Origin: a virus
Taxonomy: Duplodnaviria; Heunggongvirae; Uroviricota; Caudoviricetes
Strand: one strand, 5' to 3'
Virus record (IMG/VR): IMGVR_UViG_3300044824_000100
Location: 1 to 64,000 of that record
Length of the DNA: 64,000 bases
Below are positions 63,510-64,000 of the stretch, in pieces. How positions within the stretch are numbered: the first letter of the stretch is position 1; each line of letters opens with the position of its first letter. The notes beneath the pieces are model-generated. The model was given only the letters and a program-made list of their open reading frames with translations, had not been told where the DNA came from and made no database searches. The position numbers and the translations under genes were made by a program.

Positions 63510-64000
63510 ATGTCGCTAATAACATCACTTCAAGAGAACTTAGGATTAAGCTCACCAACTCCTGCTCAGGTCCCTAAGCAATCTCTAAACGATATTAACA
63601 AGAACAGTAATGCTGCTGGGTTAACTGCTGACAACATACAGACAGCCAATAACCCTAATCAACTGCAGATGAACGCACTGTATACGCCTGTTGCTAGTAA
63701 TTGGTATGCAGCTAAACCTTATGGTTTTAGAATGAATCGCCGCGATGGCAAACAGTTTGTTATGTTTTTACCAATCAGTCCAAGTAACATAAATATAGTA
63801 ACAAACTTTGCTACTAATATTATACCTACACTATACGGCACAGTAGAAGAGCACTCAGATATTAGATATTACGACATATCCATTGAGGGCACTACTGGGA
63901 TGGCTCCTAAGTTTGTAAACCCAACTGCGTCCGGAGATGAGTTCAATGCGTATAACTCTTCTGCACAACCAGGTAGAGCTAGATTTCCTATTAACTCAAA
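63510..64000 (+). CDS. tail/baseplate protein (partial, runs off window)
   Basis: ATG at 63510, open to end of window (MSLITSLQENLGLSSP...). Confidence 0.4.
   Translation, partial: MSLITSLQENLGLSSPTPAQVPKQSLNDINKNSNAAGLTADNIQTANNPNQLQMNALYTPVASNWYAAKPYGFRMNRRDGKQFVMFLPISPSNINIVTNFATNIIPTLYGTVEEHSDIRYYDISIEGTTGMAPKFVNPTASGDEFNAYNSSAQPGRARFPINS

Overview
This window looks like a 64-kb piece of a large tailed dsDNA phage genome, probably a myovirus with a contractile tail. It has three parts.

(1) 0.3-31 kb, almost all minus strand: a metabolic, replication and auxiliary region. It encodes an SPFH/band-7 protein, an NAD+/ADP-ribose gene cluster (NADAR, AAA+ ATPase, DUF1653, nicotinamide phosphoribosyltransferase, Prs-like pyrophosphokinase, macro domain), ATP-dependent DNA ligase, DEDDh exonuclease, RNase H, class II (B12) ribonucleotide reductase with an IscA/HesB neighbour, metallophosphoesterase, two secreted serine proteases (S1 and S8) and a ClpP-like peptidase. 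Six AT-rich HNH-type endonuclease genes are interspersed, plus one tRNA-Met and one atypical tRNA-like element.

(2) 31-46 kb: a dense field of very small ORFs on both strands. Many are translationally coupled by ATGA overlaps. Many belong to one large paralogous family carrying an LLxxLxKLG[IL][KR]S-type motif. A 15-nt exact repeat, GCGTAGCAGTGTCAG, occurs five times here, each beside a recurring promoter-like motif (ATCCYGAT..TATAAT).

(3) 46-64 kb, plus strand: a tail module. Order: sheath, an inserted HNH plus cargo ORF, three tube paralogs, two overlapping chaperone-like ORFs, tape measure, baseplate-like proteins.

No CRISPR array and no rRNA genes were seen. All functional calls rest on motifs I recognised by eye in the translations. 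None was checked against a database.
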